From Pavona decussata (taxonomy: Eukaryota): a stretch of DNA of 64,000 bases. Every line of letters begins with the position of its first letter. The stretch's first letter is position 1. Both the position numbers and the translations under genes were made by a program. Of the stretch, positions 63,366-64,000 are shown one piece after another. The DNA lies in the NCBI GenBank assembly GCA_977016875.1, contig CDRNST010000006.1:6696001-6760000 (forward strand), in the 5' to 3' direction. The notes below the pieces were generated by a model. The model made no database searches. It had not been told where the DNA came from and was given only the letters and a program-made list of their open reading frames with translations.

Positions 63366-64000
63366 CGTTAGATTTTCTCAATATACCGTTTTGAAATCAA
63401 CTCAAAGAAAGAAACAGGGTTTGAAAACCGCTTCGTTGCTTACCGCAAGTATCTGCTCAACAAGCGAGCAGTCTAGGCTGTGTGTTGTATTACGTAGCAC
63501 CAAAATATCAGGTAAATAAATCAAAAACACGAAAACGTATTCCACTGAACATGTCTTGTGTATTGGACAAACGAAGCAAAAAAATTGACAACTTGACGTC
63601 AACATGTTTGCCATTTTCATTTTTCTTGCATGGTTCGTTCCTAGAGCAGTGCACGGCAAGCAAGGTGTTAAGTCTGGGATCATTTATTTATCCAAGAGAC
63701 AACTTGAAACTGAATGAAAATTCTTTCGATAAAAAGCATTATTATTCTTGTTGACTGTTGAAAAGTTTTTTTGTTTTTGATTTTGACGTTTTTGGTTTAT
63801 GCGCTGTAAAGCTGAATCCATCATTTTGAGTCGGAGCAAACAATAAATTTGAAACTTCAGTACTCCTTCATCCTACGAGAAAGCGATTACCTCCCTTTTC
63901 TGCTCTGAAGCAGAAAGGAGACCTCTGGCTTGCAGGGTATTTCCCATTACATAAGAAAAGAGATCCGCTGCTACAAGTCGTATGTCTATACTTACGATTC

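Larger units (their letters stand above)
1417..64000. repeat. Segmental tandem array of ~6-11.5 kb units, each carrying one secreted fibrinogen-related gene; runs off the right end of the window
   Basis: Long near-identical blocks recur (e.g. 'aatttgc.tgg.tagcc' at ~1419, 18341, 41163, 61077; exon 3 seven times). Sequence left of ~1417 shows no obvious match to the units. Confidence 0.95.

Overview
Eukaryotic, AT-rich, intron-containing DNA; the repeat content and protein family suggest a stony coral or other anthozoan (inference). From ~1.4 kb to the window end it is a segmental tandem array of seven minus-strand, three-exon genes (g1-g7; g6 is frameshifted). The ORF track shows only part of their last exon. 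Spliced, they encode a ~263-aa secreted protein: signal peptide, short basic propeptide ending in a furin-type R-H-K-R site, a CxxxxC motif, and a fibrinogen-related/intelectin-like domain. The scaffold is almost invariant, while five short patches are hypervariable and shuffled among copies. This looks like a diversifying secreted recognition or effector family and is the main candidate system. The genes have two different upstream spacer types (order A,B,B,A,B,A,A). Type A spacers carry decayed 3' exons of an unrelated plus-strand gene, possibly TALPID3/KIAA0586-like. Single units carry private insertions whose empty sites are visible in sister units: a full-length BEL/Pao LTR retrotransposon (identical 176-bp LTRs, 5-bp TSD, tRNA-Lys PBS, one frameshift), a 6-bp-TSD IS3EU-like TIR element with a 20-bp satellite, hAT- and Harbinger-like MITEs, an AT-flanked MITE, an L2 fragment, and a 169-bp insertion with a Penelope-type minimal hammerhead ribozyme motif. 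All family assignments are by motif recognition, without database searches.
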